A stretch of DNA of 64,000 nt from a virus, in the IMG/VR virus record IMGVR_UViG_3300027851_000017, positions 9,303 through 73,302 of that record, one strand, 5' to 3'. The notes beneath the pieces are model-generated. The model searched no databases, had not been told where the DNA came from, and saw only the letters and a program-made list of their open reading frames with translations. Position 1 is the first letter of the stretch. Each line of letters opens with the position of its first letter. This document shows, one piece after another, positions 20,485-30,345 of this stretch. The position numbers were made by a program, and so were the translations under genes.

Positions 20485-22701
20485 TTAGAAATTAGCGTCG
20501 CAAGCGCCGCCAGCACAGGCCTGACCCGCAAGTGAATCAACCTCTACAAATGCCTTCTTCTGTAGGGTTGTAGCGAAGTCAATGAACTCCATACTACGTT
20601 CGATGTTTTTCCACTTGTGCAGATTGAAGCAATCCTTCAAGCAGTTAGTCATTTCAAGCACATCACCGTTGAAGTAGTTCTTAGCGAACTTAGTTGCACG
20701 ACGAACCCAATCACGACGCAGTAGGTCTTCCTTAGACTCCGCATCTAGCTTAAGGCCCCAGCCGTTCGCAGTATCGCAAGCCTTCCATAGATTCTGATTA
20801 AATGCTACTAGGCCATCTACAATAAGTCCGGAAGCAAACATAGATGCTTCGCCGTACTTATCCATGATCTCCTGTGCGGTGAACACTTCAGTAAATGGAG
20901 CTTGCGGATACGCTTTATCGCCATACGCAGATAGTAGCGAAATTCCGGCAAACCAGTCACGATTGTCGAAAATGTACTGCTCTACTTCGTCCCAATCATC
21001 TACAGTAATAGTATTAGATACATTATGTCGTAGATTCTTGTCTACACATAACTCTACATTAGTACCGTACTCTACCCAGAACTGTTGAGCCTTCTTAACG
21101 TACTCTAGCTGCTTCACACCTAGAAGATCGTGTTTGAAGATGCTGCCCTCTTTACTAATAACAGGGAAGCTAACTACTTTATCAGTACCTGTGTTAGACC
21201 AGACGCTATCCTCAACCATTTCAGGATTAACGCGACTAATCAATGACAGCACGTCATCTTGATCGTTCATCTGCACATTACGGTAATACCTCTTAGAATG
21301 CTCCCCGTGAATACCTGATCCAGTGCCAAGTAGTACTGATGCGTTACCAGAAGGCTTCACGCACGTAGTGCGTGCAGCTTGGTTAACTCCAATAAGTGCA
21401 GCCGTAGCGGCATTCCACTCCTTAACAAGCGTAGCGCCATCAATCATATTCTGCTCATCAAACAGAACTGCTGGGTTGTTCATCCACCCTGTAACAGACA
21501 CGCCAATCAACGCCTCACGAGCCGTAATCCGGCGCGTTGCATCAGATACGTATGTGAAGTTAGTGTAACCAGCCTGTAGAGTTCCTAGGATACTGGCAGC
21601 CTTACAGGCACGCATAAACTTCTCTGGCGTATCGCACTTACCGCCGTTGATCTCAGTCAGATTACAGAACTGGAAACCACTTTCTCCAGTTTCAGAGCAC
21701 GTAGGTAGCATACCAATTTCAACACAAGGGTTGAACATGAACTCTTTGTTGTCTGCAAAGATAAAGCCAGGCTCACCGAAGTCCTTAACTGACTTCATGA
21801 TATTAGCCCACTCAGTGCGCTCTAGCTCACTACGAATTAGTAGTGCTGAGTTGTTGCTACGGCCACGCTGAGGGTTCTTAACAAACCAATCGCCGGTCTT
21901 AGCAGCCAGCATAGCCTGGTCGTCCTTATCGAACACGCAGATAGTAGCTGAACGACGTACACCGCCAGAGAGGACAGCGTCGCTCATAAACATAACAAAG
22001 TCATAAGCAGTAATACTGTTCATGCTAGTTACTGGCTCAGCATCTAGAAGGTTCTCTAGCAATTCTTCGCACTTAATCAGAGCAGTACGCAGACCGTCAG
22101 GTCCCGGAGCCTTGAAGCCTCCAGAGATCATCGAACCCTTAGGACGAATCTCCGAGAAGTCAAAGTGAACCTGTGCGCCACGGTACTCTGGATGTGTACC
22201 ATTTTCAACAAAGTAGCTGCTAAGCAGGACGCCGAAGGCGTCAGCCCAGCCTTCAATAGTGTCCGGTACTGTGAATAGCTTTACAGTCTTAGTTGACCGA
22301 CGTGCTAGCTTAGGTAGCTTAGCGATATGGTGGGTCTGCACTGAGAATCCCACTCCGCATCCACATAGAAGCAAGTACATACACTCTGTAAAGAATGCCG
22401 GGCGATCCACATGCGAAACGCTACAGTTGTACATTCTTGCCTCATGCTTGAATAGCTGCTCGCCACCAAACTGCAAAGCACGCTGCGCACCTAAAACAAG
22501 TTTTTCTTTGTAAGCATCTTCAGCCACCTGAATCAGTTGATCCAGCTCTGGCGTCATCTTATCTGCATACTTTTCTCGGTGCATGTCCATCACACGATGA
22601 ACGCTTTCCTCCCAAGTCTCGTAGCGATTCTCTTGGTCTAGCCAACGAGAATAACCCATGTAGAACTTAGACTCCGACAGCATTGTTTTACCCAAATCCA
22701 T
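20485..22701 (-). CDS. ribonucleotide reductase, monomeric large protein (738 aa; class II-like)
   Basis: Single 738-aa ORF with RNR-like core (NPCVEIG ... CNL) and C-terminal Cys pair (CAGGACDANF). No separate small subunit in the window. Class assignment is inference. Confidence 0.6.
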   Translation of the reverse strand: MDLGKTMLSESKFYMGYSRWLDQENRYETWEESVHRVMDMHREKYADKMTPELDQLIQVAEDAYKEKLVLGAQRALQFGGEQLFKHEARMYNCSVSHVDRPAFFTECMYLLLCGCGVGFSVQTHHIAKLPKLARRSTKTVKLFTVPDTIEGWADAFGVLLSSYFVENGTHPEYRGAQVHFDFSEIRPKGSMISGGFKAPGPDGLRTALIKCEELLENLLDAEPVTSMNSITAYDFVMFMSDAVLSGGVRRSATICVFDKDDQAMLAAKTGDWFVKNPQRGRSNNSALLIRSELERTEWANIMKSVKDFGEPGFIFADNKEFMFNPCVEIGMLPTCSETGESGFQFCNLTEINGGKCDTPEKFMRACKAASILGTLQAGYTNFTYVSDATRRITAREALIGVSVTGWMNNPAVLFDEQNMIDGATLVKEWNAATAALIGVNQAARTTCVKPSGNASVLLGTGSGIHGEHSKRYYRNVQMNDQDDVLSLISRVNPEMVEDSVWSNTGTDKVVSFPVISKEGSIFKHDLLGVKQLEYVKKAQQFWVEYGTNVELCVDKNLRHNVSNTITVDDWDEVEQYIFDNRDWFAGISLLSAYGDKAYPQAPFTEVFTAQEIMDKYGEASMFASGLIVDGLVAFNQNLWKACDTANGWGLKLDAESKEDLLRRDWVRRATKFAKNYFNGDVLEMTNCLKDCFNLHKWKNIERSMEFIDFATTLQKKAFVEVDSLAGQACAGGACDANF

Positions 22702-22713
22702 AAAGCTCCTTAA

Positions 22714-23169
22714 TTAGTTTTTGTTATCAGTGCTGCCGAAGCCACCGTTGCCACGTGCAGTATCGTTCCAAATGTCCACAAATACTGGCAGGTACACTGG
22801 TACAACAACTAGCTGAGCTACTTTGGTCTTACCTGCCTCAACGGTATAAGACGTATCGCCATTATTAGTTAGCAGAACAATCAGAGGACCGCGGTAGTCC
22901 GAGTCGATCAGCCCTACCGAGTTTGCTAGGCTAACACCAATCTTACCCTGGGAGCTACGGCTAAACACAAACCCTGCTGCGCCCTTCGGGATTTTAACAG
23001 CAACACCAGTATTAACAGCTACTGTCTTACCTGGTTCAATAACTACTGATGTAGTGCTCAGTAGGTCTGCTCCAGCGTCAGTAGGGTGTGCTCGTTGTGG
23101 TAGGAATGCAGGCGAATCAACAATGCATTGAATTTCGTCGCGAATGCGACCGTAATCTGTATTACTCAT
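22714..23169 (-). CDS. dut: dUTPase
   Basis: Motifs GLIDSDYRG and SRSSQG... typical of trimeric dUTPases. Confidence 0.8.
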   Translation of the reverse strand: MSNTDYGRIRDEIQCIVDSPAFLPQRAHPTDAGADLLSTTSVVIEPGKTVAVNTGVAVKIPKGAAGFVFSRSSQGKIGVSLANSVGLIDSDYRGPLIVLLTNNGDTSYTVEAGKTKVAQLVVVPVYLPVFVDIWNDTARGNGGFGSTDNKN

Positions 23170-24023
23170 TTAATATATGAAGTTAGGATGGATGTAATCT
23201 CTGCAACGTTATCGTCACCGATAGCCTCTTGGCAAAACGTCACTAAGTCCATCAGTTGATAATTTGTTAGAATTTGCTCGGAACCGAACTCATTCAGGTT
23301 CTTTATGTACTGTAAGTTGCTAGCAATAGGTAGACTTGCCGCAACATCAAGAGCTCCGCCATATGTACGCACCAGCTCTAGTGCTCTCTTAGGGCCTACT
23401 TTTGGTACCCCTGGAACGTTGTCGCCTGCGTCGCCCATTAGGCACTTAATAGAGATAAATTCTTCTGGAGTACACTCGTAGTGCGTATTCCAGTTATCTA
23501 CAGTAAATTCTTTTCTAGACACGTAGGAGAAGCGACTTACTTGCTCGGAGCACAGTAAATCCCAGTCAGCATCAGAAGATATGTTCCAAACATGCTCTAC
23601 AGCAGGGAGCTTGCCAGTCGTCACTAGGTGAGAGATAAGGGCAGACATATCATCGGCTTCTACACCTTTATACTGTAGAACTACGTACTTATCTTGTATA
23701 CGTAGCTCAGTAAGGCACATAGCGTAGTCTGCTAAGAACTGCTCGAAGGCTGCGGCTTCTTCCGGGGTCTGTGTTGCGTGTTTATCTTTACGGTTTTGTT
23801 TATACTCGCCGTACACGCTACGGCGATATGTAGAGCCACCGTAGTCAGTAAGTACTACTACCCACTTAGCTTTATAACTACGCTTTAGGCTATCAATAGT
23901 ACGAATGTAGTCTTCGGCAAAATCTGTAGCACCTTGGTGTTTCCACCTAAATGCTAAGTTCATACCGTCTACAACTAGTAGGTTGTTACCTACTTCCATC
24001 GAGCGTTTTAGGGATATACTCAT
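23166..24023 (-). CDS. 5'-3' exonuclease / flap endonuclease (T5 D15-like)
   Basis: N-terminal LLVVDGMNLAFR and the acidic clusters of the FEN/53EXO family. Confidence 0.75.
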   Translation of the reverse strand: MSISLKRSMEVGNNLLVVDGMNLAFRWKHQGATDFAEDYIRTIDSLKRSYKAKWVVVLTDYGGSTYRRSVYGEYKQNRKDKHATQTPEEAAAFEQFLADYAMCLTELRIQDKYVVLQYKGVEADDMSALISHLVTTGKLPAVEHVWNISSDADWDLLCSEQVSRFSYVSRKEFTVDNWNTHYECTPEEFISIKCLMGDAGDNVPGVPKVGPKRALELVRTYGGALDVAASLPIASNLQYIKNLNEFGSEQILTNYQLMDLVTFCQEAIGDDNVAEITSILTSYIK

Positions 24024-24303
24024 GACTGTGCAATGCTGGTGTTGGTCGGTGTAGTGTATAAATAGACATTAGGGCGTACATCACAACTGGGTGAAACCCG
24101 GCTCTAGTATGACCTCTAGTATCCATTATAAGGGACTCCAGATACTTAGTTAGAGACTCTTTAGATGTAGCGTTATCAACTATACCTAACAAAATGTGTG
24201 GGTGTAATAAACTAACTGCCTCTAAGTCTACAAAATGATCTTTAAGTAAGTTATTATACCTTACTTTGTCTAAGTATTCAAGCAATAAATTGTGGTTGTT
24301 CAT
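23986..24303 (-). CDS. hypothetical protein (105 aa)
   Basis: ORF only. Confidence 0.3.
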   Translation of the reverse strand: MNNHNLLLEYLDKVRYNNLLKDHFVDLEAVSLLHPHILLGIVDNATSKESLTKYLESLIMDTRGHTRAGFHPVVMYALMSIYTLHRPTPALHSHEYIPKTLDGSR

Positions 24304-24739
24304 GTTTAAGCCAGTCGTCTAGAAGCGCTATGTAGAATATATACTCATCTCTATGGTAGTAGAAATATGGGTAACTTCCGTCTGGCATGTAGTTAAGATC
24401 GTCCCATGCTACAAAGACTTTGCTACGATCGTACTTAAAAATAAGTACCGGACTCTTACCTACTTGCTTACCTTGGCGAATAGCTTGCTTCCAGAACTCT
24501 AGTAGTTGCGGAGTTTTGGAACTTAGCATTGCACTGGTAAGGTGATCCTCCGCATAGCCTTTTACCTCTACGCAAAATTTGTTCTTTTCACCTGGCACAT
24601 ACAGGTCACCCTTTAGTCCGTGCTTTTCGTCTAGGGCTCCACTACCGGGTACACGCTCCCACTGCAACCCTGTTGCTTTACGAAGCGTGTCCCTTACTGT
24701 AGTCTCAGTCCTAGCGCCTTTGGCCCTAGGGTCTACCAT
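24278..24739 (-). CDS. PD-(D/E)xK-type nuclease-like protein (153 aa)
   Basis: GDLYV...CVEVKG resembles a D...E-V-K nuclease motif. Position matches T5 D14. Confidence 0.35.
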   Translation of the reverse strand: MVDPRAKGARTETTVRDTLRKATGLQWERVPGSGALDEKHGLKGDLYVPGEKNKFCVEVKGYAEDHLTSAMLSSKTPQLLEFWKQAIRQGKQVGKSPVLIFKYDRSKVFVAWDDLNYMPDGSYPYFYYHRDEYIFYIALLDDWLKHEQPQFIA

Positions 24740-24969
24740 TACTCTGCTTTAGCCGCTACAGCAGTCTTAGCTGCAACTACTTTAGCGGGGGCAGCGTCAG
24801 TAACAGTTACTAACTCAAGCTCGTCCACAGAATAGACTAGTTCGCCATTTACAACTTTGAGTGATTCTAGGTCGTGACCATGTAGAATTTGACCCTCAAA
24901 CAGAGCAATCTGCTCGTCTCCGCGAGTAACAGTCGCAGACTCACATGCGATACGTTCAATTTTAATCAT
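24739..24969 (-). CDS. hypothetical protein (76 aa)
   Basis: ORF only. Confidence 0.3.
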   Translation of the reverse strand: MIKIERIACESATVTRGDEQIALFEGQILHGHDLESLKVVNGELVYSVDELELVTVTDAAPAKVVAAKTAVAAKAE

Positions 24970-24971
24970 AA

Positions 24972-26768
24972 TTAACTCTCAATCCTTGAAATGTTATTAG
25001 TTTTAGTCACAAATGTCTTCTCTAACAATGGGTGACTAAACCCGTGTGATACTAAAATAGTATTGAGAGCTTTTTCGCTCAGCAATACTTCAATCAGCTT
25101 TTCCTTACCTTCTGCGTCTAGGTTTTCAATAGTCTCATCAAGGATCAGAAGGTTTAATTTATCCTTGCTAAGTGTTTGCATTAGTTTACGTATAGCTAGC
25201 AATGCTGCTACGTTAACTCTGGCACGCTCACCGCCGCTTAGTGCGTTAATGTCAATGTCGTTCCCATTGTCGTTGATTACGACATTTAGTTTGTCGCTAC
25301 CACTTATCTGGAAACTAAGACTAAATCTACCGCTGCTTAGCTCACCTAAGTACTCGTTTGTCAATTCCTCTAAGTCTTTGACAGAGTTCTCAATTTTATA
25401 TGCTACCAGACCCGTAGTACTAAACGCTTTTACAAGGGTTTGTAGTACTGAATGTTTATCTACTAGCACGGAAAGCTTAGCCTGATTTTCAGTCAGCTCT
25501 TTCTCAAAACTTTCAATCTGGGATAGTATTCCGTCGATTTTTGCATTGTGAGTTTCCGCTATTTTATTACTTTGGCGGATACGGCTGATCTCATTCTGAA
25601 CATTGCGTATTTCCGAATTTAATTCGTTAATTTCGTTTTGCAACTCAGCACTATCCAAAAGTGCCGATTCTAGTTCAGGGTTATATTGGGCTGCTAGTTT
25701 GTTATAACTGTCTAATGCAGCTTTTGCAGCTTTATGTGCAGCGGACGCTTTATTAAACTCATTGATACGTGCAGTGTAGTCCGCCACTGCCTCTGTAGCT
25801 TCAGCGATGATAGCGTCCTGTTCAGCTATAAGCTTGTCTGTGCGCTCTGTGTCTACTGGCTGATAACATGTCGGACACAGTGTACCAAGCGCTGCCATTT
25901 TACGTTTAAAAGCTAAGGCATCTGAGAGGCTTTTCTCATTTGTCGCTTTTGCACTTATATATGCAGAATTATCCGCTTCCGGAAGTTTAGGGACTTCAGG
26001 CGGAGTAACCTTAGACAGCTTATCCCGTATTTGCAAGTTGTTTGATATCTTAGAGTTTGTAACTTCGATATCAGCTAGCGTGTGCTTTAGCGAGCTAACC
26101 TTCTCTACAAGGTCGTAAGGCTCGTCTGGCAGATTTTGCGTCGGTTTCGTACTTGTATCTGCGTTACGGTACGTTTTCAACCACTCACTCACAGTAGTAA
26201 CTTTAGCCGTAGCCGCAGCCACCTCCTTAGACAAGTCAGAGGTCAATTGTTTGAATAAGTCTCCAGCCCTACCGTAAACCCCTAGGTTAAGTAATTCTAT
26301 AAGGAATTTCTTGCGAGCTGTGTCTGGCGCAGTGAGGAACTCAAGCGAACCTGCATGGCTCAAATAAACAATCTGTGTAAACGCTTTGTGGTCTTTACCA
26401 ATTAGCTGTTCAATAAGTTTGTATGTTTGAGTCGATGTATGGCAGCTTACGTCCTCACCATTCTTCAGTAGTTTCACAGTCTGCGTCGCTCCGCGACGAG
26501 TCTCTATTGTGTACTCGTCATCGCCAACAGAGAAGTCTAGTCCGATAGTGTACGCTTTGGCATCTGTATACCGGTTTAAGATATCGCCCTTCTTAAGGCC
26601 TTTAGAGTTCTTGTTGTAGAGAACCTCTTCTAAGATAAGAGCAATAGAGCTCTTACCATGCCCGTTCTTACCGACTAGTTGGGTAAGTGGGCTCGCATCA
26701 AGTACTAGCCGATTATCTGGGCCGTACGAGAATGCGTTACTCCATCGTAGTTCTTTGAATACAATCAT
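24972..26768 (-). CDS. sbcC: SbcC/Rad50-like recombination ATPase (T5 D13-like)
   Basis: N-terminal Walker A GKNGHGKSS, long coiled-coil middle with CxxC hook (CPTCYQ), C-terminal signature LSGGE and Walker B LLILDE. Confidence 0.75.
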   Translation of the reverse strand: MIVFKELRWSNAFSYGPDNRLVLDASPLTQLVGKNGHGKSSIALILEEVLYNKNSKGLKKGDILNRYTDAKAYTIGLDFSVGDDEYTIETRRGATQTVKLLKNGEDVSCHTSTQTYKLIEQLIGKDHKAFTQIVYLSHAGSLEFLTAPDTARKKFLIELLNLGVYGRAGDLFKQLTSDLSKEVAAATAKVTTVSEWLKTYRNADTSTKPTQNLPDEPYDLVEKVSSLKHTLADIEVTNSKISNNLQIRDKLSKVTPPEVPKLPEADNSAYISAKATNEKSLSDALAFKRKMAALGTLCPTCYQPVDTERTDKLIAEQDAIIAEATEAVADYTARINEFNKASAAHKAAKAALDSYNKLAAQYNPELESALLDSAELQNEINELNSEIRNVQNEISRIRQSNKIAETHNAKIDGILSQIESFEKELTENQAKLSVLVDKHSVLQTLVKAFSTTGLVAYKIENSVKDLEELTNEYLGELSSGRFSLSFQISGSDKLNVVINDNGNDIDINALSGGERARVNVAALLAIRKLMQTLSKDKLNLLILDETIENLDAEGKEKLIEVLLSEKALNTILVSHGFSHPLLEKTFVTKTNNISRIES

Positions 26769-27727
26769 TCTGCTAACTTACTGTAATTTGCCAAGAATTC
26801 CATAATAGTTTTAGCTACGGTATCCTCTGGTAACTCTAGAATATACGTTAAGTACTCCTGTAGTTCTTCTGTAATGGACGCTTCTGGCGATAGCATAAGT
26901 GCAGTCTCAGTGCTGCGCTTCACTACCTTCTTACCAATCAGGTCACTGTCTTTAAGGTTAGCCAGCTCCTGCATGTCACCTTCCACATCGTAAATGGTGT
27001 GGTGGAACTTAGTCGGCTCAGGAGTTTCGCCCGCGGTAAGCGACTTCTTGATAAGCTGAGGTAGCTCGAATTTGAGCCAAATGTGATCCATAGTATCTGT
27101 ATCAAACAGAATAGCTCCAGTGTCCACTGTATTCCGATGGAAGCTAGTAGTATAAGGACTGCCTGGATAGAGAATATTACGTTGCGAGTTTTCATAACTG
27201 TGCAAATCTCCGGCTAGCACTACCTTCCACGAGTTAAATAGGTCTAAGTCTAGCTCTGGTTTAACGTGCGGAGGAATCTCTGCTCTAAAGTGGCTAGCAC
27301 AGATAGAACCCTGTTTGTACTTATCTGGATGCTTCTTGAAGTCGTCTAGACAGTTATACGGGATAATGTCTAGATCGTATGCTACTAGATATTCGTATGA
27401 ATCTACTATACGTACAAGCGGGTTAAGCCTATGCGTTGCTTTCTTTAGGAACGAAAGGAACGTAGTGTCCTTCTTAATAGCTTCGTGATTACCTGCATAG
27501 ATAATACAGGGCTTAGTAATACTAGCAATTAAGTCGAAGTATAGCTCTACTTCGTCCATTGTAGGAAGTCTATCAAAAATGTCTCCACCTAAGATAACTA
27601 AATCGGCTTGTTCCTGCATTACGCCTAGTTGCTGCAGGAACAGGGTAAACCTACTTAGTGCCCAAGGTATTGGCACGTTCTTTTGACCTAGCTTTATGTG
27701 TACGTCCGCACTAAATAGTAATTTCAT
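26765..27727 (-). CDS. sbcD: SbcD/Mre11-like nuclease (T5 D12-like)
   Basis: Calcineurin-like phosphoesterase motifs DVH, GDIFD, GNHE, GDLH. Confidence 0.8.
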   Translation of the reverse strand: MKLLFSADVHIKLGQKNVPIPWALSRFTLFLQQLGVMQEQADLVILGGDIFDRLPTMDEVELYFDLIASITKPCIIYAGNHEAIKKDTTFLSFLKKATHRLNPLVRIVDSYEYLVAYDLDIIPYNCLDDFKKHPDKYKQGSICASHFRAEIPPHVKPELDLDLFNSWKVVLAGDLHSYENSQRNILYPGSPYTTSFHRNTVDTGAILFDTDTMDHIWLKFELPQLIKKSLTAGETPEPTKFHHTIYDVEGDMQELANLKDSDLIGKKVVKRSTETALMLSPEASITEELQEYLTYILELPEDTVAKTIMEFLANYSKLAE

Positions 27728-27732
27728 TGTGT

Positions 27733-27786
27733 TTAACAGAAAAGAAAGCCCGCTAAGGCTTATGGCTTTAGCGGGCTGTTTTTAGT
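27733..27786 (-). terminator. intrinsic terminator (hairpin with A/T runs on both sides)
   Basis: agcccgctaa...ttagcgggct stem. On the - strand it is followed by a T-rich run. Confidence 0.6.
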
Positions 27787-27788
27787 TA

Positions 27789-28430
27789 TTAGCTAAGGTC
27801 GCGAGCGGCTTCTTGTTCGCCCTGAGAGCCAGCATCCGTCTCATCGCCACCAGTAGTAACCTTCACAAGTAGTGCGTGCACTTCTTCTGGAGTTTGGCGA
27901 GGGTACTTTTCGTCGATAGTCTTGTCTTCGGCAATAGCCTGCAATTCTTCAGCAGTCAAAGCGCGCTTTTTGCAGCGCAGTACCTGAACAGTGTACTCAA
28001 CGTTGAATGGTAGGGGGCCTGTCTTAACACGCTTAAATACCACATCCCAACCTTCTTCCGGGTCAGTAGGATCGCCTAGGTCTTCTGCAGCATTCATAAT
28101 CTGCTCAAACATCTTTTTCTTCAGAGGCAAGACCTTAGACTTACCATCGGTAGGGTCGATACAGTTTACTGCGTAGCTCCAAGAGCACTTTACATCAGGG
28201 AAGAAACTAGGTACATGGTCGACTTCTAGATTGTCGAACTTTTCCTTATCGCGATTAAAAGCCAGGCACTCTACAGGGATATCCTTATCATTAGTACCCT
28301 TTACCCAGTACATATAGCGAGGTAGTACGCCGCCGTGCAGGCGAACTACGTTTTCGTTGTCTTTGTACTTGTAAAGGTCGACCTTACCAGATTGTGCCTT
28401 GCCTTTTGTATTCTTGAAGCTAACTGCCAT
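27789..28430 (-). CDS. hypothetical early protein (213 aa), acidic C-terminal tail
   Basis: ORF. Position matches T5 D11. Confidence 0.4.
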   Translation of the reverse strand: MAVSFKNTKGKAQSGKVDLYKYKDNENVVRLHGGVLPRYMYWVKGTNDKDIPVECLAFNRDKEKFDNLEVDHVPSFFPDVKCSWSYAVNCIDPTDGKSKVLPLKKKMFEQIMNAAEDLGDPTDPEEGWDVVFKRVKTGPLPFNVEYTVQVLRCKKRALTAEELQAIAEDKTIDEKYPRQTPEEVHALLVKVTTGGDETDAGSQGEQEAARDLS

Positions 28431-28431
28431 T

Positions 28432-28815
28432 TTATTGTTCCTCGTACTTAAACGAAATAGTGTGTTGTGTGATTGTAAGAAGCGGATTGCGACTTATATT
28501 TTTGAAGTTTAGATCAGGGTACATTGCTAAGTCTAAAGTTTTAGTACCGTAAGCCTTGTAAAGTGTAAGGTCTCTTCTCGCTGCTAAGCGAATGTACTGT
28601 GCTTTAAATATAACGTCTGTACTTCTGTCGTTGAATAACCCTGCTGGGTTGATTAAGAAACTAGAGCCTGGACGAAGTGCCTTGATTGGTTTATACTTAT
28701 CTCTACTGTTCTTAGGTAGATGCTCTCCCTTAAAGAATTTGTACAGCGAAAAAACCATTCTATCTGGGTCACATAGTGTTTCCTTTTCTAATGTATGAAT
28801 ATCGAAAAGCAACAT
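28432..28815 (-). CDS. hypothetical protein (127 aa)
   Basis: ORF only. Confidence 0.3.
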   Translation of the reverse strand: MLLFDIHTLEKETLCDPDRMVFSLYKFFKGEHLPKNSRDKYKPIKALRPGSSFLINPAGLFNDRSTDVIFKAQYIRLAARRDLTLYKAYGTKTLDLAMYPDLNFKNISRNPLLTITQHTISFKYEEQ

Positions 28816-28876
28816 ATAGTATTGTCTTGTAAGTATATATTATACAACAATTGTAACCCCGGAGCAAGTCAAATTT

Positions 28877-30172
28877 TTAGACGGTTTGTATGTCCCAACC
28901 ACTCTTTAAGTAAAAGCCTAGTCGGGCGTTATTCTGTTTTCTATCTGCAAAGCCGCTAAATTGCATATCTAGAACTAACGGGTGTAACTTATCATCGTGG
29001 AGTCTCTGCACTCGGCCAATGATCTGCTCTAGAAGAGCGTCGTTACTCATCGGAATTGCGAGGATAACGCATGATAAGGAGTTAATAGATATGCCTTCTG
29101 AGAAGATTTGACGACTACCTGCGATTGCGCGCTTTTCTCCTGATAGCAGGAGCTCTTTCGCTCGCGCTCTTTCCTCTGTTCCGGTGTTTCCAGTAACCAG
29201 CAAACAGTCTTCACCGACATATTCTTTTACCTTTTCTAGAAATTCTACTCGATCAGCAATGATAAGTACTTGGTGCCCTATCTCCATCTCTGCCAAAGCT
29301 GCTGCGGCTATAAACTTCTGATAACCAACATCTACAACTAAGTCAGTGATCTTATCTACCCAAGGTACATTTGGTTTTAGTGTACGATTAGTCTTCACTA
29401 GCCGCACTACTGGAGCTAGTGTATCGGATTGTGGAGGCTGTAGCAACTTATGTCCAAAGTAGTCCTTGAACAAAATCTGCTTACCGTCCTTCCGCATCAT
29501 TGTACCACTAAGCGCTATCCTATAACGTGCATAGAACGTATTAATTATCTCCGAAAAAGTACTAGCAGGGCAGTGGTGAGCTTCGTCTAGTATAACTGTA
29601 CCAAACTCTTTTGCAAGGGAGTCTACACACTTAACTAGCGTCTGCACGTTAGCTATGGTTATGAAGTGGTCTTCATGGTCTACTTCACCGCCGCCAATAA
29701 TACCAGGGCGTATACCGAAAAGCGCTTCTACTTCGTCAGCCCACTGATCTCGGAGTGCTACAGTGTGAACGATAACTAGGGTCTTCTGACCTAGTTTATG
29801 TGCCAGATGCAAGGCTGTGAATGTCTTACCCCAGCCAACTTTCGCATTGATAAACACAGAGTCGTCTACTTGGTCGTAGATGGGAACTTGTGCGTCCCGC
29901 AAGGCAAACTTTGGTGTAGGAAACGGTACGGATACTAATACTCGCTTATCTTCAATTTCATAACCTGCGGGTATCAGGTCAGTGCGTCCTTGCGGGATAC
30001 TCAAAATACCCTTCGGGAGTATCTTATAGTTCTTAATAGTCTCTATCTTAGCAAACTTAGGGCTTCCAGAGTCCTTCTTAATCTTATAAGTTAGTGCGGC
30101 ACATATACTCTTAGTAAGCTCAGGGCCTGGGTTACTTAGATAGATTTTATTACTAATTATTGCTTTTGACAT
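28877..30172 (-). CDS. SF2 DEAH-box helicase (T5 D10-like)
   Basis: Walker A AKVGWGKT, DEAH box ILDEAHH, helicase C motifs. Confidence 0.75.
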   Translation of the reverse strand: MSKAIISNKIYLSNPGPELTKSICAALTYKIKKDSGSPKFAKIETIKNYKILPKGILSIPQGRTDLIPAGYEIEDKRVLVSVPFPTPKFALRDAQVPIYDQVDDSVFINAKVGWGKTFTALHLAHKLGQKTLVIVHTVALRDQWADEVEALFGIRPGIIGGGEVDHEDHFITIANVQTLVKCVDSLAKEFGTVILDEAHHCPASTFSEIINTFYARYRIALSGTMMRKDGKQILFKDYFGHKLLQPPQSDTLAPVVRLVKTNRTLKPNVPWVDKITDLVVDVGYQKFIAAAALAEMEIGHQVLIIADRVEFLEKVKEYVGEDCLLVTGNTGTEERARAKELLLSGEKRAIAGSRQIFSEGISINSLSCVILAIPMSNDALLEQIIGRVQRLHDDKLHPLVLDMQFSGFADRKQNNARLGFYLKSGWDIQTV

Positions 30173-30345
30173 CTTCGTAGCCGCTCTATTTCGGTAGCCG
30201 CCTCTTCCAGAAGCTCGGCTAACCTATCTGGCTTGCCCTCCATAACTGATTTTCGATGCTGAATTTGTTTACGAATTTCAGCACGTTTGCGTAGCCTATA
30301 CACTATGTCAGACTCTTCTGCGACTAGGTTTAAAGGGTTCTTCAT
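30157..30345 (-). CDS. hypothetical small protein (62 aa)
   Basis: ORF only. Confidence 0.25.
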   Translation of the reverse strand: MKNPLNLVAEESDIVYRLRKRAEIRKQIQHRKSVMEGKPDRLAELLEEAATEIERLRRCQKQ

